Of a stretch of DNA of 64,000 bases, positions 17,572 to 28,386 are shown one piece after another. Made by a program: the position numbers and the translations under genes. The stretch spans positions 3,813 through 67,812 of the forward strand of contig JAFDZQ010000072.1 in assembly GCA_018266895.1 (NCBI GenBank). Reading direction: 5' to 3'. Under the pieces are notes generated by a model, which was given only the letters and a program-made list of their open reading frames with translations, searched no databases and was not told where the DNA came from. Numbering within the stretch: position 1 is the stretch's first letter; each line of letters starts with the position of its first letter. The stretch is from Bacteroidota bacterium. Lineage in GTDB: Bacteria; Bacteroidota; Ignavibacteria; Tepidaquicellales; Tepidaquicellaceae.

Positions 17572-18984
17572 ATGAGCAACAAAACAGAACCGGTGAAATT
17601 CGGAACCGATGGCTGGAGAGGGATAATTGCGGATACATATACATTTGTTAATGTAAGAAGAGCCGCATTAGCCACTGCATTGGTTTTTAAAGATCATAAA
17701 AACATTGAGAACGGAATAGTGATCGGATATGATACAAGATTCCAGTCAAGGGAATTTGCTCACGCTGTTGCAGAAGTATTCGGGAATCAGAATATTAAAG
17801 TTAATCTTACAGGCAGCTTTGTAACAACGCCGACGGTTTCACTTCTTGCAAGAGACCTGAAGTGCGCTCTCGGTGTAATGATAACAGCATCTCATAATCC
17901 GTTTCAGTACAACGGATACAAGCTTAAGGATGAATTCGGCGGTTCAATGGATCCTGATGAAATAGCTAAGATCGAGAACGAGCTTAAAAATATAAGGGAA
18001 GTCGAACTTAAAAAGTCTTTTAATGAATTACTATCAGACGGAATTATAAAATACTTCGATGGAAATGAATATTATTATAATTATCTTAAGAATAAAATTT
18101 CAACAGAAAAAATTAAGAATGCAGATCTTAAAATTATTTATGATGCAATGTACGGCGCGGGACAGAATATAATAAACAGGTTCATTGAAATTAATCAGCT
18201 ACACGGAGAAGTAAATCCCGGTTTCGGTAAAAACGCACCCGAGCCGGTAGAAAAAAATCTCACTGAGATCTGCTCAGATATTAAGAACGGAAATTACAGC
18301 ATTGGCATTGTAACCGACGGAGATGCAGACAGGATTGCAATTATAGATGAAAAAGGAGATTTCCTTGACGCGCAGAAAACATTTGCTCTGCTTCTCAGAT
18401 ATTTGTATGAGAAGAAAGGTATGAAAGGAAAAGTAGTCAGAGGATTTTCCACAAGCGAGCTTATAAAAAAGTACTGCGAAAAAAACGGAATCGAATTGTT
18501 AACAGTTCCTATCGGCTTCAAACACATTTCAAAGATAATGATAACCGATGATGTTCTTATCGGAGCTGAAGAAAGCGGCGGCATAGGAATTAAAGGACAT
18601 CTTCCGGAAAGAGACGGAGTTTTCAACGGTATGCTTTATCTCGAAATGCTTGCGGAATACGGGAAGAGCATTTCCGAACTTAAAAAAGAACTCGACGATG
18701 AATTCGGAAAATATTTTTATCAGAGGAATGATTTAAGGACGACTGAAGAGAAAAAACTTAAAACTCTTGAAACCTGTAAGGCAATGAAAGCTGGTGATGA
18801 GATCGGGGGAAAGAAAATATTGTCGATTGATAATCTTGACGGGTTTAAGTTTTATTTTGACAACGGATGGATAATCATCAGGGCTTCAGGGACTGAACCG
18901 CTGTTAAGAATTTACTGCGAGACAACTTCCACTGATCAGACAAAAGAAATATTAAACAAAACAATCGGACAATTCGGATTATGA
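17572..18984 (+). CDS. phosphoglucomutase/phosphomannomutase family protein
   Basis: Phosphoserine loop is TASHNP, Mg loop is DGDADR, and the sugar-binding loop is GAEESGG. Confidence 0.9.
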   Translation: MSNKTEPVKFGTDGWRGIIADTYTFVNVRRAALATALVFKDHKNIENGIVIGYDTRFQSREFAHAVAEVFGNQNIKVNLTGSFVTTPTVSLLARDLKCALGVMITASHNPFQYNGYKLKDEFGGSMDPDEIAKIENELKNIREVELKKSFNELLSDGIIKYFDGNEYYYNYLKNKISTEKIKNADLKIIYDAMYGAGQNIINRFIEINQLHGEVNPGFGKNAPEPVEKNLTEICSDIKNGNYSIGIVTDGDADRIAIIDEKGDFLDAQKTFALLLRYLYEKKGMKGKVVRGFSTSELIKKYCEKNGIELLTVPIGFKHISKIMITDDVLIGAEESGGIGIKGHLPERDGVFNGMLYLEMLAEYGKSISELKKELDDEFGKYFYQRNDLRTTEEKKLKTLETCKAMKAGDEIGGKKILSIDNLDGFKFYFDNGWIIIRASGTEPLLRIYCETTSTDQTKEILNKTIGQFGL

Positions 18985-20702
18985 AAAATATGAAATTAAA
19001 ATTTTTATTGCTGCTGATGCTGGCAGTTTCCACTTCATCTTATTCTCAGTTCAAAAGCAAGGATAAAGACAAAGAAGACGACCCGATGAATAAAATACTG
19101 AATAAAAGCGGGGTTCCGAATACAAGTTCAAGCATTAATGCCGATGCGCCTGATATATTTGACAAACTTGAAGGTCAGAACACATTCAAGAACAGATCAG
19201 TCCCGATTGAAGGGGCTATTAATCCCGATAAATATAAAGTTGGTCCGAATGACGTATTTTCGTTGGGACTTTACGGATACATAAATCAGCAGGTAGCTTT
19301 GGTTGTTTCACCTGAAGGATCGATCATTATTCCGACCGTAGGAGAAGTTAAGGTAAACGGAATGACATTAAGCGAAGCGAAAGAGAGGGTAATAAGGGAA
19401 GTTAAAAAAAGATATTATTCAAGTGATGTTAGTTTTACGCTGAATACGCCGAGAACATTCCTGATAAAGGTTTCAGGACTAACGCAGGGTACCTTTGAAG
19501 TTTCGCCTGTCACAAGAGTTTCGGAAATACTGAAGGTTCTTATATTTGATACATTAAACACATCAAGAGTATTTTACGAAAAGACAAATCAGAGGGAGTT
19601 TTTGAATACGCAGATATCGCTGAGAAATATAGAACTTTCAAGGAAGGACGGGTCAGTGATAAATGTTGATATTTACAAATACTTTCTGACAAATAAAGAC
19701 GAAGACAATCCTTTTTTTCTGGAAGGGGATCTTTTAAAAATTCCTTATTCACAGCCCGATAATAATTTTATTTCCATTGGAGGAGCCGTACAGCTTGCAG
19801 GAGCATACGAACATGTCAAGGGAGATGATCTTGAGACTGTAATAGGGATAGGAAGAGGATTTGATGTGGATGCTGAGCAGGACAGTATTATGCTGTACAG
19901 GGCATTTGAGAATAAGGATGGATTTGATATAATAAATCTGTCATTTGAAAGAGACAAAAAATTCAAGATCGAAAAATTTGACAGACTGTTTGTAAAGAGT
20001 AAAATAAATTATCAGAAGAATTTATCGGTTCTTATACTCGGCGAAGTATTAAGGCCTGGGTATTATCCGATATCATTTAAGAACACAAGACTGAAGGATG
20101 TCATAGACATGGCTGGAGGTTTAAAAGAAAAAGCTTATCTGCCTTTAAGCATACTTTTCAGGACTTATGACGCGGAATACGCTGCAAAGGACACTTCGGA
20201 AATATTAATCAACTCCCGTGCTAATGATCTGTTAATTTCTAATCAGGACAGACAAAATTTCGAAACAGACATAAAATCCAAACGGAACAGAGTGATAGTT
20301 GATTTTGAAAGACTTATAAACAAGAATGATCAGACTCAGAATGTATTGCTTGAGGGAAAAGATATTATTTATATCAACGACAATAAGAATATTGTTTACG
20401 TATTCGGTCAGGTCGGTCAGGAAGGATATGTGCCTTTTAAAAAAGGAGAAGATGTTGATTATTATATCAGGAATGCAGGAGGATACGGACTTGCAGCTGA
20501 TGAAAGCAATGTAAGGATAATAAAATTCAATTCAAGGGGCTGGTATTTACCGGATGAAACACAGATCCAGTCCGGTGATTTTGTTTATATCCCGAAAAAA
20601 GTTGAAACGCCTTTTTCAGAGACAATTACCACTGTAGCTCAGATTGCTGCCATTATTCTCGGGATTCTGACAACATATATTCTGATTAAGCAGAATAAGT
20701 AA
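18981..20702 (+). CDS. wza: polysaccharide export outer-membrane protein (Wza-like, Poly_export + SLBB domains)
   Basis: Signal peptide present, with YKVGPNDVFSLGLYG and PEGSIIIPTVGEVKVNGMTLSEA motifs and a C-terminal hydrophobic helix. ATGA overlap with the PGM gene. Confidence 0.8.
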   Translation: MKNMKLKFLLLLMLAVSTSSYSQFKSKDKDKEDDPMNKILNKSGVPNTSSSINADAPDIFDKLEGQNTFKNRSVPIEGAINPDKYKVGPNDVFSLGLYGYINQQVALVVSPEGSIIIPTVGEVKVNGMTLSEAKERVIREVKKRYYSSDVSFTLNTPRTFLIKVSGLTQGTFEVSPVTRVSEILKVLIFDTLNTSRVFYEKTNQREFLNTQISLRNIELSRKDGSVINVDIYKYFLTNKDEDNPFFLEGDLLKIPYSQPDNNFISIGGAVQLAGAYEHVKGDDLETVIGIGRGFDVDAEQDSIMLYRAFENKDGFDIINLSFERDKKFKIEKFDRLFVKSKINYQKNLSVLILGEVLRPGYYPISFKNTRLKDVIDMAGGLKEKAYLPLSILFRTYDAEYAAKDTSEILINSRANDLLISNQDRQNFETDIKSKRNRVIVDFERLINKNDQTQNVLLEGKDIIYINDNKNIVYVFGQVGQEGYVPFKKGEDVDYYIRNAGGYGLAADESNVRIIKFNSRGWYLPDETQIQSGDFVYIPKKVETPFSETITTVAQIAAIILGILTTYILIKQNK

Positions 20703-20849
20703 TTTTCTGAATTTGTTCATTAATGCGTCTTAAAATATTATCAGTTTAAAATTGTAGTTTTTAAATCAGTGAGTAAGCCGGAATTACTTTTGCATAAAGA
20801 AATTAATGAATTAAAAATATAAACATTAAAATAAAAATCATTCAAGCCA

Positions 20850-22010
20850 ATGGCGGATAATAATAATCCGAGGAAAGAATTAACATATGAAGACTTAATA
20901 TTTATTTTCTTGTCAAAAAAGAAAATAATTCTCCTGTCCACTTTAGCTGTAGGGTTAGTAACAGGTTTAATCGTATTTTTTATATTAGATCCGATTTTTC
21001 TCTCTTCTGCTACTATAAAATCAATTTCAAAGTCGGGCGGAATAAATACACTGCTTGGAGTAGATGCAATTCCTGATTTATCGGATATAGGCAATCTTGG
21101 AGGCGGTTCTGTTACAAAGGAACTGGCTTTGTATGAAAATATTCTCGTAAGCAGGAGATGTGTGGAAGAAGCAATATTAAAGTTCAATATTATCGAAGAG
21201 GAAAAGTTCAAAACTATGTTTGATGCGACGAAGTATTTCAGGGAAAATGTAATGACAATTACGAAAGATAAAATTGCCGGTACAATGGAAATCGGTGCAC
21301 TGGATAAAGATCCGGCAAAAGCTAAGGAAATTGCGGATTTTTTAGTTTATCAGCTGAATAAGATCAATACAGAATTAAATATTCAGAATGCAAAAAATAA
21401 CAAGGAGTTCATACAGAACAGATATAACGAATCAAAAGATGATCTGACTAAACTCGAAGACAGTCTCAAACAGTTTCAGGATGTTTTCGGAATAGCTCCG
21501 GATTTGCAGGTACAGGCTGCAGTAAAGGCGGAGATTGAACTGGAAACCGAGATTAAGTCTGAAGAGATAAAACTTGCATTGCTGAAAAAAATATTATCAC
21601 CTGATCAGGCAGAGATTAAATCCCTTGAGGAACAAATTATAGAAATGAAAAAGCAGCTTTCTGATGTCAGAAATAATAATGATACTCAGGATGTTCTTAC
21701 ATTAAAAGGAAAACCGAAAATTATCTTAAACTATTTAAGATTAAAACGCGAAGTAGAAATTCAAAATAAAGTTATGTCAACTCTCATTCCTCTTTTGGAA
21801 CAGTCAAAAATTGAAGAAAAGAGAGAAACACCTTCCGTACTGGTACTGGATCCTCCAATAATACCGGATAAAAAGGTTAAACCCAAAAGACTTAGTATAA
21901 TTTTAATTTCAATGTTATTAAGTTTTTGTCTGATTTATCTTTTTCTTGTTGCAAAAACCAAATGGAATTATCTGAATACGGATTTGTCTTCATATACTCC
22001 TCGAAAATGA
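20850..22010 (+). CDS. wzz: Wzz/GumC-like polysaccharide chain-length determinant (no kinase domain)
   Basis: N-terminal TM after a Wzz-like segment, a long coiled-coil, and a C-terminal TM (RLSIILISMLLSFCLIYLFLV). Confidence 0.7.
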   Translation: MADNNNPRKELTYEDLIFIFLSKKKIILLSTLAVGLVTGLIVFFILDPIFLSSATIKSISKSGGINTLLGVDAIPDLSDIGNLGGGSVTKELALYENILVSRRCVEEAILKFNIIEEEKFKTMFDATKYFRENVMTITKDKIAGTMEIGALDKDPAKAKEIADFLVYQLNKINTELNIQNAKNNKEFIQNRYNESKDDLTKLEDSLKQFQDVFGIAPDLQVQAAVKAEIELETEIKSEEIKLALLKKILSPDQAEIKSLEEQIIEMKKQLSDVRNNNDTQDVLTLKGKPKIILNYLRLKREVEIQNKVMSTLIPLLEQSKIEEKRETPSVLVLDPPIIPDKKVKPKRLSIILISMLLSFCLIYLFLVAKTKWNYLNTDLSSYTPRK

Positions 22011-22040
22011 CAAATATTAAGGTCTAATTAATCATTAATC

Positions 22041-23255
22041 ATGCCTTCTAAGTTCAAACTTGCTGACCATGTAATCTTTTTGATGCTCATCCTGATTTTC
22101 TACAATGCAACCGTATTGCCGGGTTCGGCTGTTATTTACAACGGAACTGCATTCATACAATTCTTTCTATTTATGTGTTTCTTTTCATTAATACCTAAAG
22201 AAAATATACTTAAACATTCGGTTCCGTCAATTAATGTTCTTAACATATTTTTTTCCCTCATATTTTTAGTGTTTTTCTTTTCAGCTTTCAGGAATATCAG
22301 TACTAACAGTTCTGTATCTTCTGTATTTAAACTGTTCAGCTATTTTATTCTTTTGATACTTCTTTTCTACTATTTCCCCAGGAGGATTTTGACAAATGAA
22401 ATTTTATTTGAAAAATTTCTGAACTTTCTGATCTACTCAGGGTTATTTGTTACGCTGATTTCACTTATAACATATTTCGCCGGATTACCTTTAAATGCAT
22501 TATACAGCGCAATGACTACGGGCATTTTCATTCATCCGAATACCGCTTCACATATCTTTACTATTTTAATTCCCGTTACAATTTATAAGTACTTCAGTAA
22601 AAAAATAAGTTTATCATTCTTTCTTTTTTTAATTATTCTTTTTCTTGTTACACTTCTTTTTACCCTGAGCCGTGCAGGATACATCGGTTCATTACTTGCT
22701 ATTTTAATAATCACATACTCTAAGTCCAAGAAAATATTTTTTATTACGATTTTCTTTCTCATAATTTCTGTTTACCTGGTAATTCTTGATTTTACTTTTG
22801 CAAAGTCCAACAGTTCGATTTCACGTATTATACTTTGGGCAACGGCTTATGACATGATAGTAAGGGATCTGCAGCATACATTATTCGGATACGGAGTCAC
22901 GGAGGCAGTAAATATTTTCAGAAATGAAAAATTTTTCTTCGGCAGTCTTGAAGATGTGCCTGACCCTCATAATACGCTTTTATTGTTTTCCATTCAGTTT
23001 GGAGTTATTTTTACATTCTTAATCCTTGCAGTGGTAATAATGAATTACATCAAAATATTTTTTATCAGAAAGAAGGATTATTATATCAGTAATAAACTTA
23101 AAATCTTTCTCTGTATTTCCATTACTGTAGGATTATCAGTTCAGAATATGATGGAAAATATTTTAGCATATCCCGAACATTTTGTAATGGCGTTTTATTT
23201 TATTTTCCTGGGATGTTTGTTTAATGTTGATTCTTTAAAAGTCCAAAATGGATAA
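22041..23255 (+). CDS. O-antigen ligase/polymerase-like membrane protein (Wzy-like)
   Basis: More than 10 TM helices. Wzy_C-like segment is LSRAGYIGSLLAILII. Confidence 0.7.
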   Translation: MPSKFKLADHVIFLMLILIFYNATVLPGSAVIYNGTAFIQFFLFMCFFSLIPKENILKHSVPSINVLNIFFSLIFLVFFFSAFRNISTNSSVSSVFKLFSYFILLILLFYYFPRRILTNEILFEKFLNFLIYSGLFVTLISLITYFAGLPLNALYSAMTTGIFIHPNTASHIFTILIPVTIYKYFSKKISLSFFLFLIILFLVTLLFTLSRAGYIGSLLAILIITYSKSKKIFFITIFFLIISVYLVILDFTFAKSNSSISRIILWATAYDMIVRDLQHTLFGYGVTEAVNIFRNEKFFFGSLEDVPDPHNTLLLFSIQFGVIFTFLILAVVIMNYIKIFFIRKKDYYISNKLKIFLCISITVGLSVQNMMENILAYPEHFVMAFYFIFLGCLFNVDSLKVQNG

Positions 23256-24789
23256 ACTGGCAAAGATATTTACAAAAACATTTGTAGCCGTTCTTGTTAT
23301 TAAAATAATCGATGTTGTTAAAAATTTACTGGTTGCATCGTATTTAGGCGTTTCGGATAATGCGGATATAATTTCCGCAGTTATGGGAATTCCTGACGGA
23401 TTAATCATATTAATCGGAATTGATTCACTCAGAGGTGTTGTCAACAGTGAATATTCTTCACTGGATATACTTAACAACAGGGAGATTGCAGGAAAATCTT
23501 TCAATAATCTGTATAAGATAATTTTTTTAATCGCATTAATTTTAACGCTGATAATAACTTTTAACAAAAATGAAGTTATAAGTTTACTTCTACCGGGGTT
23601 TGAAGGATTAAAAAAGACCAAAGCAGAAAGCATTGCTTTAATTATTTTTCCGGCAATTTTTTTCAAATCATTGCTGACTTTATATCAGCCGCTTTATAAT
23701 TCATTAAGAAAATTTATCTTTCCGGTACTGGCGCAGGCAATAGTCAGTCTGGCGATTATCCTTTCAATATTTTTCCCGGTATATAATTCCGATTTGATTT
23801 ATAACTTATCTTTCGGATTCACAATCGGCAACATTGTTATATTTTTTGTAATGGCAACCGGACTGCAGAGTTTAGGAATTAAGCATACTTTCGTTAAATT
23901 TAAATTTGACGATATTACAAAAAAAATTCTGATCAACTGCTCTTCAATCTCCGTTCTTGTATTCATAAACCAGATATATCTTTACTCAAGAAATTATTTT
24001 GCCTCGCATTACGGTGAGGGTTCCATTTCCTCTCTATCGTATGCTTCAACAATTTCAAGCGCAATTACTTCAATGGTTTTCGGAGCCGTATTCAGCATAC
24101 TTCTTACTGATCTGTCTTCAAGCTATTCAGCGGAGAAAAAAACTGAAACCAAAGTGCTTTATACTAATACTTTCTTGAGTTTATTTTTTATTTTTTGTCC
24201 TTTAGTGATATTTTTAATTATATATGGTAAGGAAGTATTGTCAATTCTTTATCTGAGAGGCAATATGACGGGATCGGATGTCAATAAAATATTAACTCCG
24301 TTTTACTGGGAGGCACTGGCAATTTTGCCGTGGATAGCATTTATTGTCCCGACATCTTTGTTTCTGGCAACTAAAAAATTTAAATTACTTACCTTCATAG
24401 GAAGTACTGTATATCTTATGGGAATACTTCTTAATTATTTATTTACCGATACTTTCGGATATTACGGAATTTCAATCGCAACATTTTTCACTTACGGTAT
24501 TTACGGGACACTGCTGCCATTTTATGCCACAAAATTTCTCGGTAAATTTGATAATTTAATTAAAGATTTATTTTTAATAATGTTTGCTTCTTTAATTTGC
24601 TTTCTGATCTCATTTTTATTTAAATCATTTATTCTGATTGAATCATTACAGAATAAGGGTGTCTTTTTTTTGATACTCAGTTTAATTATAAGCTTTATAA
24701 TCATTGCTTTGATTTACTGGACTGTTACAAGTATTCTTAAAGTAAATTACATGAGTAAACTGGTGCGACTGTATAAAAGAAATGAATAA
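23248..24789 (+). CDS. MurJ/MviN-like (MOP superfamily) polysaccharide flippase
   Basis: About 14 TM helices. The N-terminus resembles MurJ (VKNLLVASYLGVSDNADIISAVMGIPD). Confidence 0.65.
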   Translation: MDKLAKIFTKTFVAVLVIKIIDVVKNLLVASYLGVSDNADIISAVMGIPDGLIILIGIDSLRGVVNSEYSSLDILNNREIAGKSFNNLYKIIFLIALILTLIITFNKNEVISLLLPGFEGLKKTKAESIALIIFPAIFFKSLLTLYQPLYNSLRKFIFPVLAQAIVSLAIILSIFFPVYNSDLIYNLSFGFTIGNIVIFFVMATGLQSLGIKHTFVKFKFDDITKKILINCSSISVLVFINQIYLYSRNYFASHYGEGSISSLSYASTISSAITSMVFGAVFSILLTDLSSSYSAEKKTETKVLYTNTFLSLFFIFCPLVIFLIIYGKEVLSILYLRGNMTGSDVNKILTPFYWEALAILPWIAFIVPTSLFLATKKFKLLTFIGSTVYLMGILLNYLFTDTFGYYGISIATFFTYGIYGTLLPFYATKFLGKFDNLIKDLFLIMFASLICFLISFLFKSFILIESLQNKGVFFLILSLIISFIIIALIYWTVTSILKVNYMSKLVRLYKRNE

Positions 24790-25852
24790 AAGAAAAATTA
24801 ATATACTGGTCCCCGGAATATTTAAATCTGGCGGAATGAAAATTATATTTGACTACGCCAATTATTTGTCGGGAAGAGGTCATGATATTAATATTTATGT
24901 CCCTTCAGTATCCTATGATTATGAAATAGGCGCACCTGATTTCAGACCGAATGTAAGAACTATTTTAAGAACGATAAAAAATTATACAAGAAGCTTTTCC
25001 CGATTTTTTGATGTACGGAACATTAAAATTTCCATAGTGCCGGTTTTAAATAATTATTTCATCAGGGATGCATATCTTAGCATTGCTACTGCATGGCCGA
25101 CTGCATATAGTCTGTATAATCTTAATCCCGGTAAAGGAACGAAAGTTTATTTAATACAGGATTATGAAATATGGAATTCAAACATTGATAAAGTGGATTA
25201 TTCATACAGGATGTCTCTTGAGAGGATTACCATTAGTAATTATCTGCATGATTTTATGAAAGAGAAATTCGGTTCGGATTCCACTGTAATTCTTAACGGA
25301 CTGGATTTTTCATTATTAAATAATCCGGGTAAAGATTATACAAAGAGGGAAAAAACAATTTCTTTCATTAATTATGAAAATTCAAGAAAAAATGTTGAAA
25401 CCTGTCTGGAAGCCGTAAAAGCAATAAAAGACAAATATGACAATCTAAAATTTATAAGCTTTGGTCTTGAAAAATATCACAATCTTCCCGGATACATTAA
25501 ATTTTACAAATGTCCTTCAGAAGAAAAAATCAGTGAGATATACAGGGAAACAGACATATTTTTGTTCCTGAGCAGAAATGAAGGATTTGCACTGCCTCCT
25601 GCAGAAGCAATGGCATGCAAATGCGCAGTTGTCACTACAAAAGTAGGAGCTGTGCCGGAATACAGCACAGACAATGAATCGGCAATATTTGTTAGCCCTG
25701 CAGACATAAAGGATATCACGGATGCAGTAAAGTCTCTAATAAATGACAATAATAAATTAAAACAGATTTCCGAGAAAGGTTACACGACTGTCAGAAGTAA
25801 ATTAGACTGGAATAATTCAATTGATAAGTTTGAAAAAACATTTTTAATCTGA
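24782..25852 (+). CDS. glycosyltransferase family 4 (GT-B)
   Basis: EX7E region is EGFALPPAEAMACKCAVVTT. Confidence 0.8.
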   Translation: MNKRKINILVPGIFKSGGMKIIFDYANYLSGRGHDINIYVPSVSYDYEIGAPDFRPNVRTILRTIKNYTRSFSRFFDVRNIKISIVPVLNNYFIRDAYLSIATAWPTAYSLYNLNPGKGTKVYLIQDYEIWNSNIDKVDYSYRMSLERITISNYLHDFMKEKFGSDSTVILNGLDFSLLNNPGKDYTKREKTISFINYENSRKNVETCLEAVKAIKDKYDNLKFISFGLEKYHNLPGYIKFYKCPSEEKISEIYRETDIFLFLSRNEGFALPPAEAMACKCAVVTTKVGAVPEYSTDNESAIFVSPADIKDITDAVKSLINDNNKLKQISEKGYTTVRSKLDWNNSIDKFEKTFLI

Positions 25853-25926
25853 TTTAAGTAATTCAGAATTAAACAGCCTGTGATCAGGCTTACATTAAAC
25901 AGTATATTTAAACTACAGAAGATATT

Positions 25927-26841
25927 TTGAGAAAAAGATTTGCAATTATCATTGTTAATTATAATGTAGCAGATTATATAGAAAATTTAATTTCTTCAAT
26001 TTACAGAAATATTAAAAATGATAATTTCGAAATTATTATTGTCGACAATAATTCTTCCGAAAGAGACATAGAACAAATTAAAGATTTATTTCCCGAAGTA
26101 AATTTATTGCTGCTGAAAGAGAATAAAGGTTTTTCAGGAGGCAATAACTACGGAGCGGAAGTTTCAAATTCAGAATATGTTGTTTTCATAAATCCGGATA
26201 CATTACTGGAAAATGATTGTATCTCTCCTTTAGTAATTCAACTTGAGGAAAATCGAAACATAGGAATCATAACTTCAATATTAAAATACGGAGATAAGTC
26301 ATACCAGTCCGCTTACGGAAAGAGCAGGGGAATTTTCATCGAATTAATAGATTCTTTTTACATTACAAAGTATCCTTATCTGCTATTTAAAAAACTCTCA
26401 ATGTATCTGAGAGAAAAATTTTCAAATCCTTTTGAGGTTAAATGGGTAAGCGGAGCATTCATGGTAATGAGAAAGGAAACATTTGAAAATGCGGGTTCAT
26501 TTGATATTGCATACCCGCTCAATTATGAAGATATGGATTTATGCAGGAATGTATTGAATTCAGGTTTGAAAATAATAGTTGACCCAAGGCAATATCTGAT
26601 CCATTTTGAAAGCAAGAGTCAGAAAAAGAATTTTTATAATTTTGTTTATAAAAGGTATGTAAGCAAACTGATCTATCTGAAGAAACATTTAAGTCCTGTT
26701 CAGGGCGCAATCATTAAAAGCATTCATACTTTCGGTTTATACCTGAGATTAATGTTTTTGTTTACTGTAAAGGATTCAGATGAAAGAGCAGAAAGAAAAA
26801 GAGCTTTTGAAGATTCTTTAAAGCTGTATCTTAAAAAATAA
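25927..26841 (+). CDS. glycosyltransferase family 2 (rhamnosyltransferase-like)
   Basis: IIVNYNVADYI, VDNNSSE and INPDT motifs. TTG start. Confidence 0.8.
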   Translation: MRKRFAIIIVNYNVADYIENLISSIYRNIKNDNFEIIIVDNNSSERDIEQIKDLFPEVNLLLLKENKGFSGGNNYGAEVSNSEYVVFINPDTLLENDCISPLVIQLEENRNIGIITSILKYGDKSYQSAYGKSRGIFIELIDSFYITKYPYLLFKKLSMYLREKFSNPFEVKWVSGAFMVMRKETFENAGSFDIAYPLNYEDMDLCRNVLNSGLKIIVDPRQYLIHFESKSQKKNFYNFVYKRYVSKLIYLKKHLSPVQGAIIKSIHTFGLYLRLMFLFTVKDSDERAERKRAFEDSLKLYLKK

Positions 26842-26980
26842 ATTCGGGCATTTCTGAGGTAAGTGTTATAATACAAGGCTCAAAGGAATAAAGAACAGTC
26901 AGATAAATTTTAATTTTTAATTTATAATCAGCCGTAATTATTACTGATATGGTTTCAATAAATTTAATTTTTAACTGTAA

Positions 26981-28138
26981 TTGATAAACAGGATTAAAAT
27001 TGTTCATATAATTTCAAATCTCAGCATCGGCGGTGCACAGATCCTTCTTTTTGATATTTTGAAAAACCTTAAGGAGCATAAAGATCTGGATGTATCGGTC
27101 ATTACAATTGATTCCGGTGATTACATTAAAAAGTATGAAGATGCGGGATTAAATGTGATTGATATTAAAGAAAAAGGACTGGTTAATCCGAAAATTTATT
27201 TTAAGATTAAAAAAATTCTTTTGTCAATAAAACCCGACATAGTACATACGCATCTAAATAAAGCTGATTTTTACGGCAGGATAGCGTCAAAAAGGGCAAA
27301 CGTCCCTTTAATTTATTCCACATGTCATAATTATTCCACCACCCATTCCGGAGCTGACATAACAAAAAAGTCTGTCTTTGACCTAATCGATAACTTCGTT
27401 GTTTCATACTCTGATTCAAACTTAATTGCTATATCTGAAATAGTAAAAAAATATTTAGTAAACAGAAACAGTAAGTTTGAAAAAATTACGGAAGTTATTT
27501 ACAATGGAGTTGACATTGAAACGGAAAAATATAAATTAAATGAGATTCAGATTGATGAATTAAGAAGGGAGTTGAATATACGAAAAGATGACTTTATCAT
27601 TACTGTTGCCGGCAGATTAGAAAAGCAAAAAGGTCACAGATTTTTTTTAGAATCCGCCGGAGATTTGTTAAAAGATAAAAGGAATATCAGAATATTAATA
27701 TTAGGTGACGGGAATGAGAGAGCCGAAATTGAAAAAATTATAACCGACAATGAATTAAGTGATTATGTAAGAATGATGGGCTTTCAGAAAGAGTCCGGGA
27801 AAATTATTGAAATCAGTGATCTGATTTGCGTGCCCTCATTGTGGGAAGGATTCGGATTAATCATAATTGAAGGCATGATAAAAAAGAAAATCGTACTGGC
27901 ATCTGAAGTCGGCGGCATTCCTGAAATTATTGAAGACAGCAAAACTGGCTTTCTGTTTGAAGCAAAAAACAAAGAGAAATTTCTGAGAAAAATTAATTAT
28001 ATTTATGACAATTTTAAAAGATTAGATCATATTAAATCAAATGCTCTTGAATTAGTTAAATCCAGATTTGATATTAAAAAGAATTCAGAATTGTATTATC
28101 AATCTTATTTAACTAAAATTAACAGAACAGATAAATAA
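26981..28138 (+). CDS. glycosyltransferase family 4 (GT-B)
   Basis: IVHIISNLSIGGAQ N-terminus and the EGFGLIIIEGM motif. TTG start. Confidence 0.8.
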   Translation: MINRIKIVHIISNLSIGGAQILLFDILKNLKEHKDLDVSVITIDSGDYIKKYEDAGLNVIDIKEKGLVNPKIYFKIKKILLSIKPDIVHTHLNKADFYGRIASKRANVPLIYSTCHNYSTTHSGADITKKSVFDLIDNFVVSYSDSNLIAISEIVKKYLVNRNSKFEKITEVIYNGVDIETEKYKLNEIQIDELRRELNIRKDDFIITVAGRLEKQKGHRFFLESAGDLLKDKRNIRILILGDGNERAEIEKIITDNELSDYVRMMGFQKESGKIIEISDLICVPSLWEGFGLIIIEGMIKKKIVLASEVGGIPEIIEDSKTGFLFEAKNKEKFLRKINYIYDNFKRLDHIKSNALELVKSRFDIKKNSELYYQSYLTKINRTDK

Positions 28139-28386
28139 ACATTTAAAAATATTACTTTTTATTAAGCAACAAATTTATATTATAGCAAGGAAAGAGTTTA
28201 GATATAAACAAATCTACTTTGCGTTCAAATATTATTCTGAATAGATGAAGACTTTAAGAAACAGATTTAAATTCCGTTTATTCTGTGAAAGCATTAAAAT
28301 TCAAAAAATTTTGTAATCCCAACGCTGAAAAAATAAATTGCTGAAAATTGAAATTAAATTATTTGCAAAACCCAAAAAATTTTATA

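Noticed and set aside
24661-24670. Homopolymeric T8/A8 tracts inside glycan-locus and other genes (for example near 24663, 29803, 3365, 55863 and 62835), considered as phase-variation switches.
   Set aside because: Runs of 8 are expected frequently in a genome this AT-rich. All the affected reading frames are intact, and no population data are available here. Nothing distinguishes these tracts from background.
25875-25890. Hairpin agcctg-tgat-caggct after the first GT4 gene, considered as a terminator.
   Set aside because: The stem is only 6 bp with no following U-run, and the next gene starts 37 bp later on the same strand. At most it is a weak attenuator or RNA-processing site, which is not enough evidence to annotate it.
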